Positions 23,921 to 37,952 of a stretch of 64,000 nt of DNA are shown piece after piece. The first letter of the stretch is position 1. Each line of letters starts with the position of its first letter. The position numbers and the translations under genes were made by a program. The notes beneath the pieces are model-generated. The model made no database searches. It saw only the letters and a list, made by a program, of their open reading frames with translations, and was not told the DNA's origin. This stretch comes from Camelus ferus (lineage: Eukaryota), in NCBI RefSeq assembly GCF_009834535.1, contig NC_045707.1, positions 59,832,001 to 59,896,000 of the forward strand, given 5' to 3'.

Positions 23921-24999
23921 CTATTAGTTTTTGTAGCCAAATGTTCTTTAGTTAGTTTTTACGTGCCTTTTCAGTAAGTTAGAGAAATTAATCAGTCCCA
24001 ACTTACCAGGAGGTCACAAGTAAAGTCACGTTACGAAGGCTCAGGGCATTTAAAAACAGCCCCCTTATTTCATTTCTTAATCAACTATTGCTATTGACAC
24101 AAAACTGTCATATAAACATTTCAGAAGAAAATTTGATCTACATCTATTTTCCCAACTGAAATTACATTTCTCATCCTCTCATTTAGAAGGCAAAACTGTC
24201 CTTAAAATAATCTTTGGTAGGGTTATGACACGATGATCATCATTTATAAATCTTCAGACGTGAATGATTTACTTTCTCCTTGTTTTCCTTTGAGATGTGT
24301 ATTGTCTTAGTAGATGTTATCAGTCATACAGGTAATGGATTTTTTAAATTACTGCTAACATCTAAAAATGCATAAAAATGGATAATGCAATTCTCATCAG
24401 TAATATAAACAGAATAATGTAAGGCAATTCCAAAATGGAAAATAAAAGTGACACCTACTTCAGAGTTTCACACTATGAGTTTCATAGTTTACGTGTTAAA
24501 ACATATATATTTTTGTACCTAAGGATTCAAAAACTGCCATCTATTAAAGCTGAAGATGTTGCAAGGAAAAGAGCATCTCTTTTCTGCATGCTTCATCACC
24601 ATGTTAATTACATTAGTTGCAGTCCCAAGTCAAGATGACCTTGCAAGTTGATCCCTTGTAGTACATTTATGGTGTGACCGCCTTTAGAACAAAGAAATTA
24701 TTGCTCATCTGCTTCACAAAATTATAAAAATCACCTATGTAAAAGCAAGTAGCATGCAATGGCAGAAACCCAATAAATGTTATTCAAAAGTAAAGTGAAT
24801 CTATATCAAGCCATCAAAATAGCAGTGCATGCTGTCCAATGCTGAAAAGGATGTTCTATAGATAAAGACCATGCAGCCTGAAAGTGGAACCTCAGGTATG
24901 AAAACAGCCACTGTTTACTGAGGACTTGCTCTCTATCAGGCATCATTTAAGCTTTATAATAGCATATCTCATTTTAATTCTCTCAAAACCTCAAGGGAT

Positions 25000-25330
25000 T
25001 CTTGTAAAACAACCTGAATTAACAAGAAGATTTGCCAAGATGGCCGGAAACAAAATTAAAGTACACATAAAGAAGATAGAAATAGAAGCAGGAAGTATTC
25101 CATTTAAATTAACAAAAAATCTATTAAATATCTAGAAATGAATTTAACAAAAGACCTAGGATTAAGTGAAAAAAAATAGAAAAACATTTTTAAAGGACAT
25201 AAAATAATATCTGAACAATTAAAAACTCATTTTATATTCTGGGATGGGAAAATTTATCATGAAAATGTTAAAGCTTCCAAAATAAATAAATGTATTTGAT
25301 GAAATTCCAATTAGTATTCTAATAATATTG
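25000..25330 (+). mobile_element. L1 ORF2 internal fragment
   Basis: ELTRRFAKMAGNKIKVH resembles L1 ELINEFSKVAGYKIN; AAATATCTAGAAATGAATTTAACAAAAGA. Confidence 0.7.
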
Positions 25331-27475
25331 TTTTCCAAATAGAATAACAGGAGCATATTTTACCTTGCCTAAGCATATCCTTACCCAAAAAATAAATGTC
25401 AGTGCAAATAATTATCTTGCAAACTCCTTCATTAAAATAATGATGTATAAGTAAAAGATTTAACTTTAAACTTCATATTTACAAGAATGATCTAGCACTT
25501 TAAAAATAATAGTTCAATGCTAACAATTATTTACTATTTCCAACCTCAATACTAACATAAAATGTTATTTGGGGATGTAAATTGGTTTAGTTTCTCCTTT
25601 AAAAATTTTAAGTGAATTATTTAATATTTAGAAACTGCTTTGAATATTTCAGACTTTTTTCTGGCACGGTGTCAAGAACAGTACCTAGTTTTCTTTGATA
25701 AACATTTTTATGAACTCATCAGAATTATGAAGTTTTGAATAAAAAACACCTATTTAATTATCATTTTAATCTCTTCATCATGAACAACACATGATATGCA
25801 ACAACTGTAGATCAGCTTTAGCAAAAGAAATGTTATTTGTATTAGGTATACACTGACTTTAACAATAAGTATTAAGAAAAAAAGTTTTTCAGTGCCTAAT
25901 GGCTGCAATCATGACTAATCTTTAGAACCCTTCATTCTGCTTATGTTATATAACGAAATAGTTACAGATATATGAGTGTTACAAGTACGATATACACTTA
26001 AGATACTAAAAGAATGTAACAGTGGGACCTAACTCCTAGGGTTACAGTGAGAATACAATGAAATAATAAATGTAAAACGTTTAATATGCTGCCTAGCACG
26101 TTATCTTTAAAAATTAATAAAATTCACTTAATAACTAAGTTTACTCTGATAGAAGCATCTTTTAACTTCTTTCCAAATATGAACCTCTAAGGGAAAACTG
26201 GAAATATCTACAAAAGTAACTTCATTCACATTAGTGTCATTATATGAAAGGTAAGAGGAGACCAGCTACAATGACAGCTAACATTTCTGAGTGCTTACTG
26301 GGTGCAATGCTAAACATTAGTACGGATTTAAAATTATAGGATATGTTGTGTATATTTCATAAGATATACTCAATATACAATTATCCAAAAACATTTATAC
26401 GTAATTTATTCAAAAATCAATATATAATGTGCCTTTTAAAATCTATATGTGTATATACAGAATACAGATATTTATATAAAAGAAAAAAAAAAAGAAAATC
26501 CCCAACCTGGCATATTGCTTTTAAAAGGCTCTTCATTCCCGGTAGTATAAGGGATGGACTTTAGAATTTTCTTCTTTGAAATAGCAAGTAAAGAAAATAG
26601 AGGTAATCATAAGCATTGGATAGTACATATAAATGTATGGAGAGTATATGTATTAGCTTTTTTACAAAGAACATTAAAAGATCACAGCCTCTTTGAAAAA
26701 AAGGCATAAATACCACCCTTCTCATTTTAGTTAGAGTAATAGAGGAAAAATATGAGTAAGCTCCCCAGGTGTGTCTCTTAGTGGCGTGAGCAGGATATAA
26801 AACAATTTTCTTGACTCCCCACCCAATCTCAGTCCTTCCAACGAGCTCCAAATCATGCAGGCAAGACCAGGCAGATCATAATTCTGCTCCCGTCTATAGT
26901 CCGCCCGCTACCCAGCCCACAGTTTGGAAGTGGAGACGGTTTGGATGATTTCTGGGTGCCTTCAATGTGTCAGGCTACACAGGTTATCTAGCCAAGCAGC
27001 ACATGTTAGTCCTTCAGGAGAAGGGACTAGGCCCTGGTGTACCATGACTGGCCATGCGACATTACACACTTTACTTGAGCTCTCTGGGCCTAAGTGTCTC
27101 TCTCTCTTGTATTATGCTGAACCACATGGAAATTACTTCCTTTATGGTCAAAAATGGTCAACGCTAACAATTTAATAAGGTTCCAGTAATAAAAGAGGGA
27201 AACTGATCAGTCTTAACTCATAATTGTTGTGCCCTGACATGATCGGGTGAGAGGGTGATGAAGAGTAAGAACCAACTCAGTGACAACGTTATTATTGTCA
27301 TCCTCACAATGGGGGGAAGCTGAGATTTCTAGTCTCAGCCTTAGCATATGGTGGCTCCAGAATTCAAACTTGGATCTCTAACTCCAATGTCATTGCCGTC
27401 TCCTCGATAGCATGCTGTTGGCCGCAGTGTCTGAGACTCAGCTAAAAATATTAAAGCTTTTCTCTTCAGAAAAAT

Positions 27476-27490
27476 TGACGTCATGCCAAT
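27476..27490. promoter_or_regulatory. Perfect CRE palindrome TGACGTCA followed by CCAAT (sequence match only)
   Basis: TGACGTCA at 27476-27483, CCAAT at 27486-27490; CpG retained in a CpG-poor background. Confidence 0.35.
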
Positions 27491-27942
27491 CCTGCTTTCC
27501 AGGGACATTTTATAAATTAAAGCACCACTGATTTAATTGCTATGAAACGGCCTTTGTTTCTTCCTTTTTCCCCCCATGATGGATTAGTTCCCTGGAGTAG
27601 CTACTTGCCAAATAGCACCCTAGCGTCCTGAAAGAGTTAAGGCAGCTTGTACATTTGCATAACTTACAACCAGGGAGTAGCTGGGGACAGGGAGAATCTA
27701 GTTCAGTAGGCCATTTAGAAATTCATTAAAATTCATTCACTCTGTATTCTTGTTGTTGTTGTGGCCAGTACCTAAAAACAACAAAAACGTGCTTCCAAAA
27801 GTAAAGTAGTAAATAAGGTAAAACCAACATGCTGACATCCAAAACTGTAAACTCAAATCACCTCATTGTTTGGGGGCTTTTCTCTTAAACACAGAAAACT
27901 TATTCATATATTCACATTAGCAGTCAATTGAACAGAACAGAA

Positions 27943-27956
27943 GTTGCTATGGAAAC
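27943..27956. promoter_or_regulatory. RFX X-box motif (sequence match only)
   Basis: GTTGCTATGGAAAC versus RFX consensus GTTGCCATGGCAAC. Confidence 0.4.
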
Positions 27957-28182
27957 AGTGTGGTATGCCCTAGTACTTAGTGAGCAAATGAACACGACTA
28001 ATTATCACCAAATGTATGATATCTCTGCTTTCGTACGCTATAGCTTTTAATGTACAATCTGTTTAATGAGCAGCAAGTTGTTCACCCAGCGTGCAGAGGG
28101 TGCGCGAGGCCTAAACATAGATGATTAAGTCCTCAGGTGTGAATCTGCCAATTTTATTGAAATAAAGCAATAAAAGACTTAC

Positions 28183-28233
28183 CTTTCTCCTATGTATCTT
28201 AACAAGAATGGGGGGCTTATTGAAGCCTAAGAC
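28183..28233 (-). other. Candidate 51-nt internal exon of an unidentified minus-strand transcript
   Basis: Minus strand cttaac(branch)ttcttatctttaag|GTCTTAGG...GGAGAAAG|gtaagtc; phase-0 frame open (VLGFNKPPILVKIHRRK). Confidence 0.4.
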
Positions 28234-30329
28234 CTTAAAGATAAGAAGTTAAGACAATAGGAAAATGCTGCCAAGAAAAAGAAAATCCGGTTCTTCCTTC
28301 ACTTCATTAAAATACTCACACACTCAAAACACTCAGACAGGCACTTTCTGGATGCTTACTATGGGCCAGGTACTAGGAAGCAGTGAAGGCCTCGTCTACA
28401 GGTACACAATTTTATTCTGTTACAAAGCCAACTCTATTAGGTTCCAGAAAAGACTTCCAAAAAAAAAAAAAAAAAAAAAACCATGCAATTTGGAACACAG
28501 AAGATAAGCAGACGAAATTTAGCCTAGGGAACTGAAGGAAACCATTTTCAGTGGGTACCCTGAAGGATGGTGAAAATCCTGGGCCACTGAGATGATCGCA
28601 GCTGCCTGAAGGAATAACTCGCTCAACCCTGGGCAGGCACAGCCCAGCCCTTGAACTCCACAAGTAAGACGGTGCTGAACGAATGAGGAACCTCCTTCAC
28701 TATGAGGGGGAGGAATCTGCAATGGGAGGGCCTGCCCTTCATACCCCTACTTCTCAGAGCATTTGTAAGAGCACCTGGAGGCGCTTCCCTCTCCACTCTG
28801 ACCCTGGTCAGTTGAGTCCTGGAGTCCAGTGTTCAACTCTGACTGTTGTATTTCTCTCACTCAGCTTCCATCACCCCTGGTGCTAAACCTATGGGACCTC
28901 CTCCAACAACGACTTCTGTAACCATCGTTGCCATGAGTCGGCCCCAATGCAGCCTCCCTTAAAAAAGGCCTCGGTTATGCGATAACGGAAATTGTGAGAC
29001 ACGACAACCTGGCAAGGAGTCATTCCCTGTATAGGTGTCCCATCTTCTTCCAGGCCTGCTTTGTTCCTACTTTCAGCATGCTAGGCAATCCCATTATGCC
29101 CAAAAAGCAGAGTAACAAGCAGAATGTCATTTTAAACAGAGAGGAGAGTTCTTAATGTACAGAAGTTAATATGTCATATATTTAAGCAATAAAGTATATC
29201 AAAATAGTCTAACAGGAGATTAATACATAAATACCATCACACTTGGAAAGGTGGGTTGGTACTACACTGCAGAGAACATTGAATGTTTTGGACTTTATTT
29301 CAGGGAAAAATTAGAGTGAATGATACTGCAACAGTCCAAGCAGAAGATAAAGGGAAACAGAAAGGAACCACACTTACCTGCAGCTTTGCAAGTGACACGC
29401 CCAAGCTCCAATGACAGTGCACATTAAGCAACGGGTAACGGATAACATTTATAGATGACCCTGATGTTGTCAGGTCAGCTTCAAAATGTCAAACTAAAGG
29501 CCACTTATCACAATTACACTTTAAAAAACCACATTATTTTCTGCTCTGCTTGTGTAATTCATAGAGCAGTCTCAGAATTTCTGTTTCACTTTATGTAGCC
29601 AATAAATTTCATAATTACACATTAATCAAGCTGCGAATACTTACTGAATACTTATGCCCAAGCCATTTGGAATCCTATCAGTAGCCTCTAAAGAAAGACA
29701 GTATTTATGGGCTTGGAAATAAGTCAGCCCTTAGATTTTACAACTTTATTATTTTTATACTAAAATTGTTATTAAGTAGTATAGATATTAATATCTTATA
29801 AAACTCTGCTTTAGGCATTCTTAAGAACTTTTTCCATATGATAAAATTACTTTCAATATATGAGCAAATAAGACTGACTTACTGTATACATTCAATTTAG
29901 TACCCTATATGTACCTGAAGATACAATTAAGAAATTTAAAATTCTGGAAAATGCAGAAAATATACTTAGATTTTGGATTCCTCATTTTGCAAATAGAAAA
30001 AACCGCAGCAAATTTATAACACAGTAATACACACCTAATAATGATATAAATAACAATTGGAAAAAATGTGTTTCTTGTTGATATTTGTGTTTCTTCTCTT
30101 GGGTTACAAATTTAAGACAAGAATAATCTGATATAATTTTAACCATTTTAGATGTGAATTTATCTATTGAATTTTGTTTCTTTCATTAATTTTATACAGA
30201 ACTCGTTTTCAATTATTCATTTTGGCTTGTTCAGTTTATGGATTATCCAGGCCTTTTGTTTCTGAAACTGTTTCTTTTTAAATTCAAATCATTACATATC
30301 TGTTCATGTTAGCAACGGTACTAATAGGT

Positions 30330-30575
30330 GATAAAAATCATTAACACTTACTAAGAACTTACTATGTGCCAAGCATTGCTCAGAGCATTTTATATGTAGT
30401 AAATCACTAAATTGTCACAACAATCCTCTAAAGTAGGCAATATTATTACTTCTAATTTACAGATGCAGAAAAAGAGAGTAACTAATTTCCTTAAGGCTGC
30501 AAAGCTCCTTAGTGGTGATGTCACCATTTAAACCCAGGCAGTGTACTTTTAAAATTCACACTCCTAACAACTTCT
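30330..30575 (-). mobile_element. MIR, near full length
   Basis: CTTACTATGTGCCAAGCATTG...CACAACAATCCT...TTTACAGATG...TTTAAACCCAGGCAGT. Confidence 0.85.
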
Positions 30576-30859
30576 CTATTTATACTTCATTCCTCCACAA
30601 AGTGTTTCTCAACCATGTATTTTTAAAGCCTCATTCTATACAGTGACAATTTACAAAACTATGGAAAACCAAAGTCAAAGGTTGGGAAAATCTCCAGTCT
30701 AGAACAAGCCGCTAAAATATCCCTGAAAATTAGGGATGACAACGTTCAATTAAACGGCAATATCTGAAAGGGCTTCAAGCGGTTAAATCTGACAGACAAT
30801 GTTGACTTTAACTTTTCAGTTACATGTTAGTTCCACAAATGAATATCCCATAAATTCGG

Positions 30860-31435
30860 AGTAATTTGTAGACCTCGGAGCCATCCTTGATTCATCTCTT
30901 TCTCTCCCAGCCTACACTCTGCCTCTTTCACACTCAGAATCTAACAGTGGTGGTCGGGGTGACTCCATATAATAGGTGTTGGATGGGCTAACAGTTCCCA
31001 CCGTCTGGGCACTGGGCTGCCCCTCCATCCTCATTTCTACAGTGTACCTCTTGCTCTCTGATCTCCCCACTGGTCCTCCACATAAGCAATTATTCTCAGA
31101 GCTTTTGATGATCTCTCTGCTCAATTTCTTTCCTGCACATATTCACATGCTGACATCTGCCCTTTATTCAGTTTCTACTCAAGAGGTCACCTCTTCCTGA
31201 CAGTCTTTTTTTGGGGAAGCCCATTAAAAATAACCCTTTGTCATTGTCTGCGCACTCACCCCATCTTCCTTGAGCTTCCTGCACTACCTGGCATTATCTC
31301 GTCTATCTTCCCTGTTATCATATAAGTTCCCTCAAGACATTGCTGTATGCTCAATTTATAGAGCAGTGCCTGGCACACAAAAAATGCTGGGGGTAAAAAA
31401 AAAAAAACGCTAGCTGAAAGACTGGATGAATGTAG
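30860..31435 (+). mobile_element. L2 fragment (3' region, internally deleted)
   Basis: GGAGCCATCCTTGATTCATCTCTTTCTCTC; GTCACCTCTTCCTG; CAGTGCCTGGCACACA. Confidence 0.7.
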
Positions 31436-31879
31436 ATACAAACATTCTTCTTATAATCATTTCAGTAGCACAGTAGCAAACAAATCTAGTTCTTCATCTT
31501 ATTTTCTTTAAGGAGATTAATTCATAAGCTCATGCCCTGAGTTTTTAACAGATATTTTTATTTATAATTTTCCCCTGTAGAATGTTTCCAATAATTTAAA
31601 GGTTGTAATGTTTGTCTTTATTGGTAAGAATTATCTTCCTGATACTCTTTCAAGAGAAAACTCAAGGAAAATCCTGGCATTTGAGTACTCTTAAGACAAG
31701 AACAAGTATGTAAAGATGCCTCTATCTGAAAGAACATGCTGGACCTTAATTATGCTCTGCAGAACAGACTCCCTGGAAGTTTCTTATCCCTAATTATAGT
31801 GTCTCTTAGTTAATGTCCCCCCAAACTCCCACTTGACTGCACTACCCCATTCACTCAAGGGCTGTGTCTGCAGGCAGGA

Positions 31880-32022
31880 TGAGAAACTCTCTGTTGTGCA
31901 GATCTCTCATGACACAGGATGTTTCACTTTCCAGATTCCCACCCACTCAACATCGGAGCATTCCCCAGAAAGTGTAACAACTAAAAATGTCTCCAAACAT
32001 TTCCACATCCTCAGTTAAGAAC
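31880..32022 (-). mobile_element. MER20-family hAT MITE fragment
   Basis: GTGTAACAACTAAAAATGTCTCCAAACATTTCC matches reverse complement of MER20 GGCAATGTCTGGAGACATTTTTGGTTGTCAC. Confidence 0.65.
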
Positions 32023-35000
32023 TTGTGATAGTCTATATGCCCTTGAGGTTCACACTAGCTCTCCTGTAATATTGTCCTCCCAGTCTGACTTAATTCTCTG
32101 CTTAGAATCTGTCAGATTGTTAGAATATTATCCTCAGATTAACCTCCTGAAGCATGTCTCTTATCAAGATGCCCGCATGGCTTTCTGGTGCCTAAGAGAC
32201 ACTGGGTGAAAACAGGCCTTGGTTATCTTTAATTTCATTTTAATTTATTGTTTTAATAAAAGAAGCAATCCATTTTCAGTAATAGAAAAATACAATATTT
32301 TAATTTGAAAAAAGATGTATTCATGCTAAATGTGTTCTGGCCTCAAAGCCTTCCTGTACCAAGACATCTAAAGCAGACACTTGGAAGAATCATTCCTTTT
32401 CCTGCCCTGATATTTGCCAAGACACACTTCTGTCAATATAGTTTGGTATCCATTACTTTCTATTATGACATAGTCTAGCATAAAACTGTACTAGAGATAT
32501 TACTGACGGAAAATCACTGTGTGTACATCACATTCTCCAGGCACATACGGATATGCACTTTCACAACTACCTAGGTAACAAAAGAACTGCTATGTCTGCA
32601 TCTCAATCTCAGCACTGTTTCAGACTCCAAATAAAAATTTTAAACTATATAAATTATAGATACACATGCATATATACACACACATACATATTTCATCCAA
32701 CTTTATGTTCCATCAATTCTTCACATCAAAATTCATTCAGTAAATGGAACAAAATTAACGTGATTGATGTAACACAATGTGTTGAAGCCAGGAACTAAAA
32801 CACGAGGGCTTTATTGCCTTACTAAGTATTCTGGAACAAGTACAACTAGCCCATGCATCATGTTCTCTTGGTGCTTGCCTAATCATTTCTCCTCCAACTT
32901 CAATGAAAAATTAATCAGGATAAGCATCACGCAGAGCACAATGGACCATGATCACTGGTGGTGGAAAAACACTGAATACGTGAAACTCGACACTCAGTCT
33001 CCTGGCTCCTCTACGCATTTTCCTTATTTGTATAATTAAGTAATAATAATGACCAGGGCAAGTGCTATGCTAGAAAGATGAGAGTGCCAAGACGTTCTTG
33101 CCAAAGAACAAGAACCTTACATTTGAATGTGTCCACCATTCCCCACCATCATAGAAGCCTATCTACTGGATCTGCCCAAATACTATTTCTCAGGTTCTAA
33201 GATACAAAATGATATAATGATAGGCAGTGAAATGCAAATTACATGGTTGTCATTTAGGGGAGGGGGGGAATCTTATTTGATGAGAGTTCCTGAGCTCAAA
33301 ATTAGTATGCAGTGGAGCTTTGTGGTTGAAAGGGAGACTTCAGTGACGGCTGTATTACCTTAGATTTTAAATAAACCAATGACTTTATCCAGAGGCTACA
33401 GTGGTTCATTTCTCATATCTGATGGGTTGTTGGGTGCTTTGCTGGGGAAGGCATTGCTCACGCACATCAGGGTCTGTAGTCCCGGCAACAAAACAGGGCC
33501 CCACGGTTGTAGGAAGGCTTCTTAACTAACCATCCCCTGGGATTTCAGAGTGACTGATCCAGAAAATTTAGAGGAAATGATTTTATAAATGATAAGCTTG
33601 TAAATGATAAACATGATTGTTTGCTCATCACTTCCGATACATCTCCCAGAAAGACTGAGTTTCAGAATGAACTCGAACACATCAAAAGCCCAATCCTTCT
33701 TCAAGAACAGTTTATCAGAAGCAAGAAAAATCTGAGCCACTTGTCTCACACCTTCAGTTTCCCCAGCTTCTCGATCACTCTGCTGCCACATCGATGCCTG
33801 TTTCAAACTTTTACCATGTCACCTACGTTACTCAATTCTTTTATTGATTCAGATATGTTATGACTCTTGGTTTCCCTAAGTTCTAAATTTGTAACAGTTC
33901 ATTCAGTCCTTTCACATAAATGTCAAAATATTTTCCTTTTGGACTCTTTTCAGCAGCCAGCTATTTTGGTCTCTTTTTCACAAATGGATGTTCAAAGTCA
34001 GAAGTAGTATATGAAAAATTGAGCACATGCACAAGTAAATCTTTGCATTCCATGTTGGATTCCACTGGGGTATCTGCATTTTTGACTCAGCAATACCTGC
34101 CAACATCATCACGAGAAGCAAAAATGACATTTATTGAGCAACTACTTTATATGAAGTAGCATGTGATAAGAAGTTTTCAACACCTAGAATCTCCGAAAAG
34201 GCCCAACATAAAGATGAGAAAGATGAGGCTAATTCTACTTACTCATTTTTCTTTCCCACATGTTCCCCATGATAGCAAAAGCATTCATTCCTTCAAGGGT
34301 CCAGGAACAATTAATATCATACATCATGTGTGAGTCCAGCTGACAGGACACACCATCTGCAGCGACCATAAAATGCCTGCTTAGATGGCCAAGCACACCT
34401 GCCATCAAAGCTCAAGACAAGAAAGTATGCTGATTCACAGCTACATTTTTTAATACAAACCTTGTATTTACTTTACCAATACAGAAAACTGTCAGAGTAA
34501 GAGGAAATAATGAAAGGTAATTGCTCTGGTCAGAACAAAGAACCAGAAGAAAAGACTTAGAGTCTAATTCCTGAATCTGTCTAATGTGGTTTATGGTCTT
34601 AATCAGCAAAAGCTTATGGAATCTAAAAAGTATTATTGATGAATACACATTCTTTTTTAAATATTTCAGGAAGCTTTGTGGCTTTTGACAGTATTCATAA
34701 ACTTAACTAGGGATAAGGAGACAGCTTTATTTTCTGAGGAAGCATGAAGAATCATGGTTGGCAGTGATCATTATGTTATGCCAACATAATAAACCGCTTT
34801 TTCAAAAGACAGTGGAGTAAAATAAAATTATTTTATGAAGTCAGCGCATTGTGCTAAAAGCATTCAATACACTACTAACCTGGCTCACTAAAACATATTT
34901 TCAATGATTATTACAACAAGATTCTCTTTTTGTGAGCAAATCTCCTGAATCAACCTTTATGCCCTCAGATGTCAAAGCTACACTTTTTGGATACACAATA

Positions 35001-35611
35001 CAGAGCTTATCCTGACAATGCAACCACAGGGAACACAAGCTCCTTCAATACTAGAAGGAATCCTCTGGCAGGATACCGACAATCAATTTAGACTTTATGC
35101 GGCTTTCAACTCTTGATTTGTAGATGAGGGCTAATAATATTTAACTGCCTTATCTTTCCTCTTTTCTCCTTCCTTCTGTCTTTATTTCTCTGAGGCATTA
35201 CAAAATCAATGAATAAATTTTGTAAAATACTAAGATAAAAGTAATATTCAAGGATTACAACCATCTTTTTATTAAGGGGGAATCTCTTCAAGCTATTCTG
35301 TTAACATTGTGAGATATCATATAAATATGTTAAAAACACATTGTAACAATTTAGAAATGAATTTAATTCAATAGTTTATAACTGCCTAACACTTCAGTTT
35401 TATGTTTTCCATTTATTTCCTTTATTTTAAATTAAAATACTAATTAACAACTAGTCAAATCAATTAAAAGAATCATTGTTTAATTATAATACCGAGCAAA
35501 TAAAGGCATATTCCATTTTGAATAGACAAAACAATACATAGAGCACTTAATATTGCATTTCTGTTTTAACACTACCTGACTATGAAGTTCAAAATCATTT
35601 CAAATACATAA

Positions 35612-36131
35612 TATTTTAGTTAACTATTGCTCAGTATAAAATATCCCCAAACATTGTGGCTTAAAACAATAAACATTTATTATTCTGTAGTCTCTGTGGG
35701 CCATGACTCTGGTAGTAGTTTAGTTGGCTGGTTCCAGTCCACATCTCTCATAATGCTGCAGTCAAGATGCTGGCCAGGGGCTGCAGTTATCTGAAGGCTC
35801 GACTGTGGTGGAAGATTTACTTCCTAGATGGCTTACTCACATGGTCTAGACAGTCCTCAGTTCCCTACCACGTGTTCCTCTCCATAGAGCTGCCCTGTAA
35901 AACGGCATCTTCAAAAGAGGACAGTTGGCTTACCCCCAGGACACATGATTCAAAAGAGCAAGACAGAAGTCGCAATGAGCTTTAGGACCTAGGCTTGGAT
36001 GTCAGTCTCGTCTTGACAGAAATATCCTACCGGATGCACAAGTCAGCCCTACTCCATGTGGGATGGAACTCAAGGGCATGAAACCAAGGGAGTGGGGATC
36101 ATTGGGGAACATGTGAAAGCTGGCTACCACA
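35612..36131 (-). mobile_element. MLT1F/G-type MaLR solo LTR
   Basis: GTGGCTTAAAACAATAAACATTTATT; GGGCTGCAGTTATCTGAAGGCTCGACTG; ends GGGGATCATTGGGG...GCTGGCTACCACA. Confidence 0.85.
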
Positions 36132-37419
36132 ATCATGTATCTTGTAAGATGGTCAAAATTTAACAGTCTGATCTACCCCAGTAAATTCAGTAGTCAGCTG
36201 TCCAAAGAGCTTCCAATAGGTGTGAATTCAGTAAGAGGAACTTGTGTCAAGATAAAGTCACAGAAGATGTCCTCAGAAAGCTCAGAAGAATGGGCCCAAT
36301 AAGTAATTATTCAGAATCATGTAAATGCTAAAATGCATTCTACTATATTCACACTGAATAATAAAAATATTTACAAAACTAGTGGCAAGTTAAAATAATC
36401 AGTCATTTAAGTCCACCGGCACTAACCAAGGATTATGAAATATAAAAGAAATGAAGAAGAGACACAAAGCTTTTCTGCAAAACATCATTCTACCTTCACA
36501 GCTAATAAGAGGTCTCTGAAAAGGTATATGACTACATAGTGTTCACTTTAATACATAATTGTGTATATAGTACAAGCAACAATACTTTTGAGACCATTTT
36601 TCTCACCTGTAAAATTGTCCTATCTCCCCCACTAGTTATTCTATGGGTCACAGAAACCTACCTGTATGTTGGAGATATCACTATCTTACATGTATACATA
36701 CACTAAGAAGGGGATTGGTTTGTTTTCAATATTATACTCGAATCACCAAGGCAGCTGAGCATTCACCAAGAATTGCCCAAGGATAAATAGATCCCGATTC
36801 TTACATAAATAAGGTAGCTAACATGGAAGTGGAAGACAGAAAAAACTCCACTAAATAACTTATGTTTTGACATTATTTGTAAACAAGCAAAAGGAAGTTG
36901 GAAATAGCCAGGCTTTCCTTAGCCTGTGATCAGAAGGAATTCTAAAATTAGACAACACTGTCCTATAGTTCTCATCATGTAGCTTTCAAGGAAAAATAAG
37001 GTTTCCATTAAAATCAGTATTTCATGAAAATGGTATAAAGACTAATTCATGAAACTTTTCTAATAGCAAAATGAACTTTTATTAAGTATAATGAGTTGTG
37101 GGCCTGAGAAATACAGGTTGAAAAATAAATATTACATTTTAAAGTATTTAAACAATACTATTTTGTTTCCATAACACAGATTATACATAAAAGGGAAGGT
37201 AATACTTGTGCTGAGATGCCCTTCCCCCTGCTTCTTCCCCTCACTATCTTTTGGGTGAATTAGTCCTACAGGGCTCAGCTCAGGGCTCTTTTTTATTTTA
37301 TTTTTTTTTAACAAAGCTTTTCGATGTTGCTGCCACCCCTCCATTCAAGATTAGAGGCTGCTCTCCTGAATAAGCATAGCACCCTTAAAGGTAATGCTCC
37401 TGATGCAGACGGTGATAAC

Positions 37420-37680
37420 ATCTACCACAACTAACATTCGTTTGACACATATTATGCACCAAGCACTGTGTTAACTGCTCTATGTTTATGATTTGGTTTA
37501 CTGTTATCAAAAAATGTGTGAAAGCAACAGTACCATTACTACCATTTTACATAAGAAGAAATTGACATACTCAACTTTTGAAGATCGCATGGCCAGAAAT
37601 GCTGGAACCAGTTGGTCTTTGAACTCAGGCACTCTGACTCTAGAATTCACACTCTTAACTTATAAGTAAATACTGCCTCA
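37420..37680 (-). mobile_element. MIR
   Basis: CCATTTTACATAAGAAGAAATTGA...TTTGAACTCAGGCACTCTGACTCTAGAATTCACACTCTTAAC. Confidence 0.8.
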
Positions 37681-37952
37681 TCTTATGTATTTTAAATTAC
37701 TCTATAACATAGGACAGTGCCTGGTCCACATAGATTCTCAATTCCATTAAAAAAATAAATGATTTGAGGTGTAACAGTGATAGATACTTTAAATATTAAT
37801 TAAAAGTTTCTTCTCACTAATAGAGTCAGACTGAGGACAAAAGGTTTCTGGAAGATACAGGATTCCCAAGGCCACAATAAAGGATGACACTTGCCTTATA
37901 AAGGCTTTGTGTGTAAGAGGCATCCATGCACAGACTTCCTTTCCCTAGAGAT

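Noticed and set aside
24001..24060. Strong minus-strand donor CTG|GTAAGT
   Set aside because: No convincing upstream acceptor; isolated donors are common by chance.
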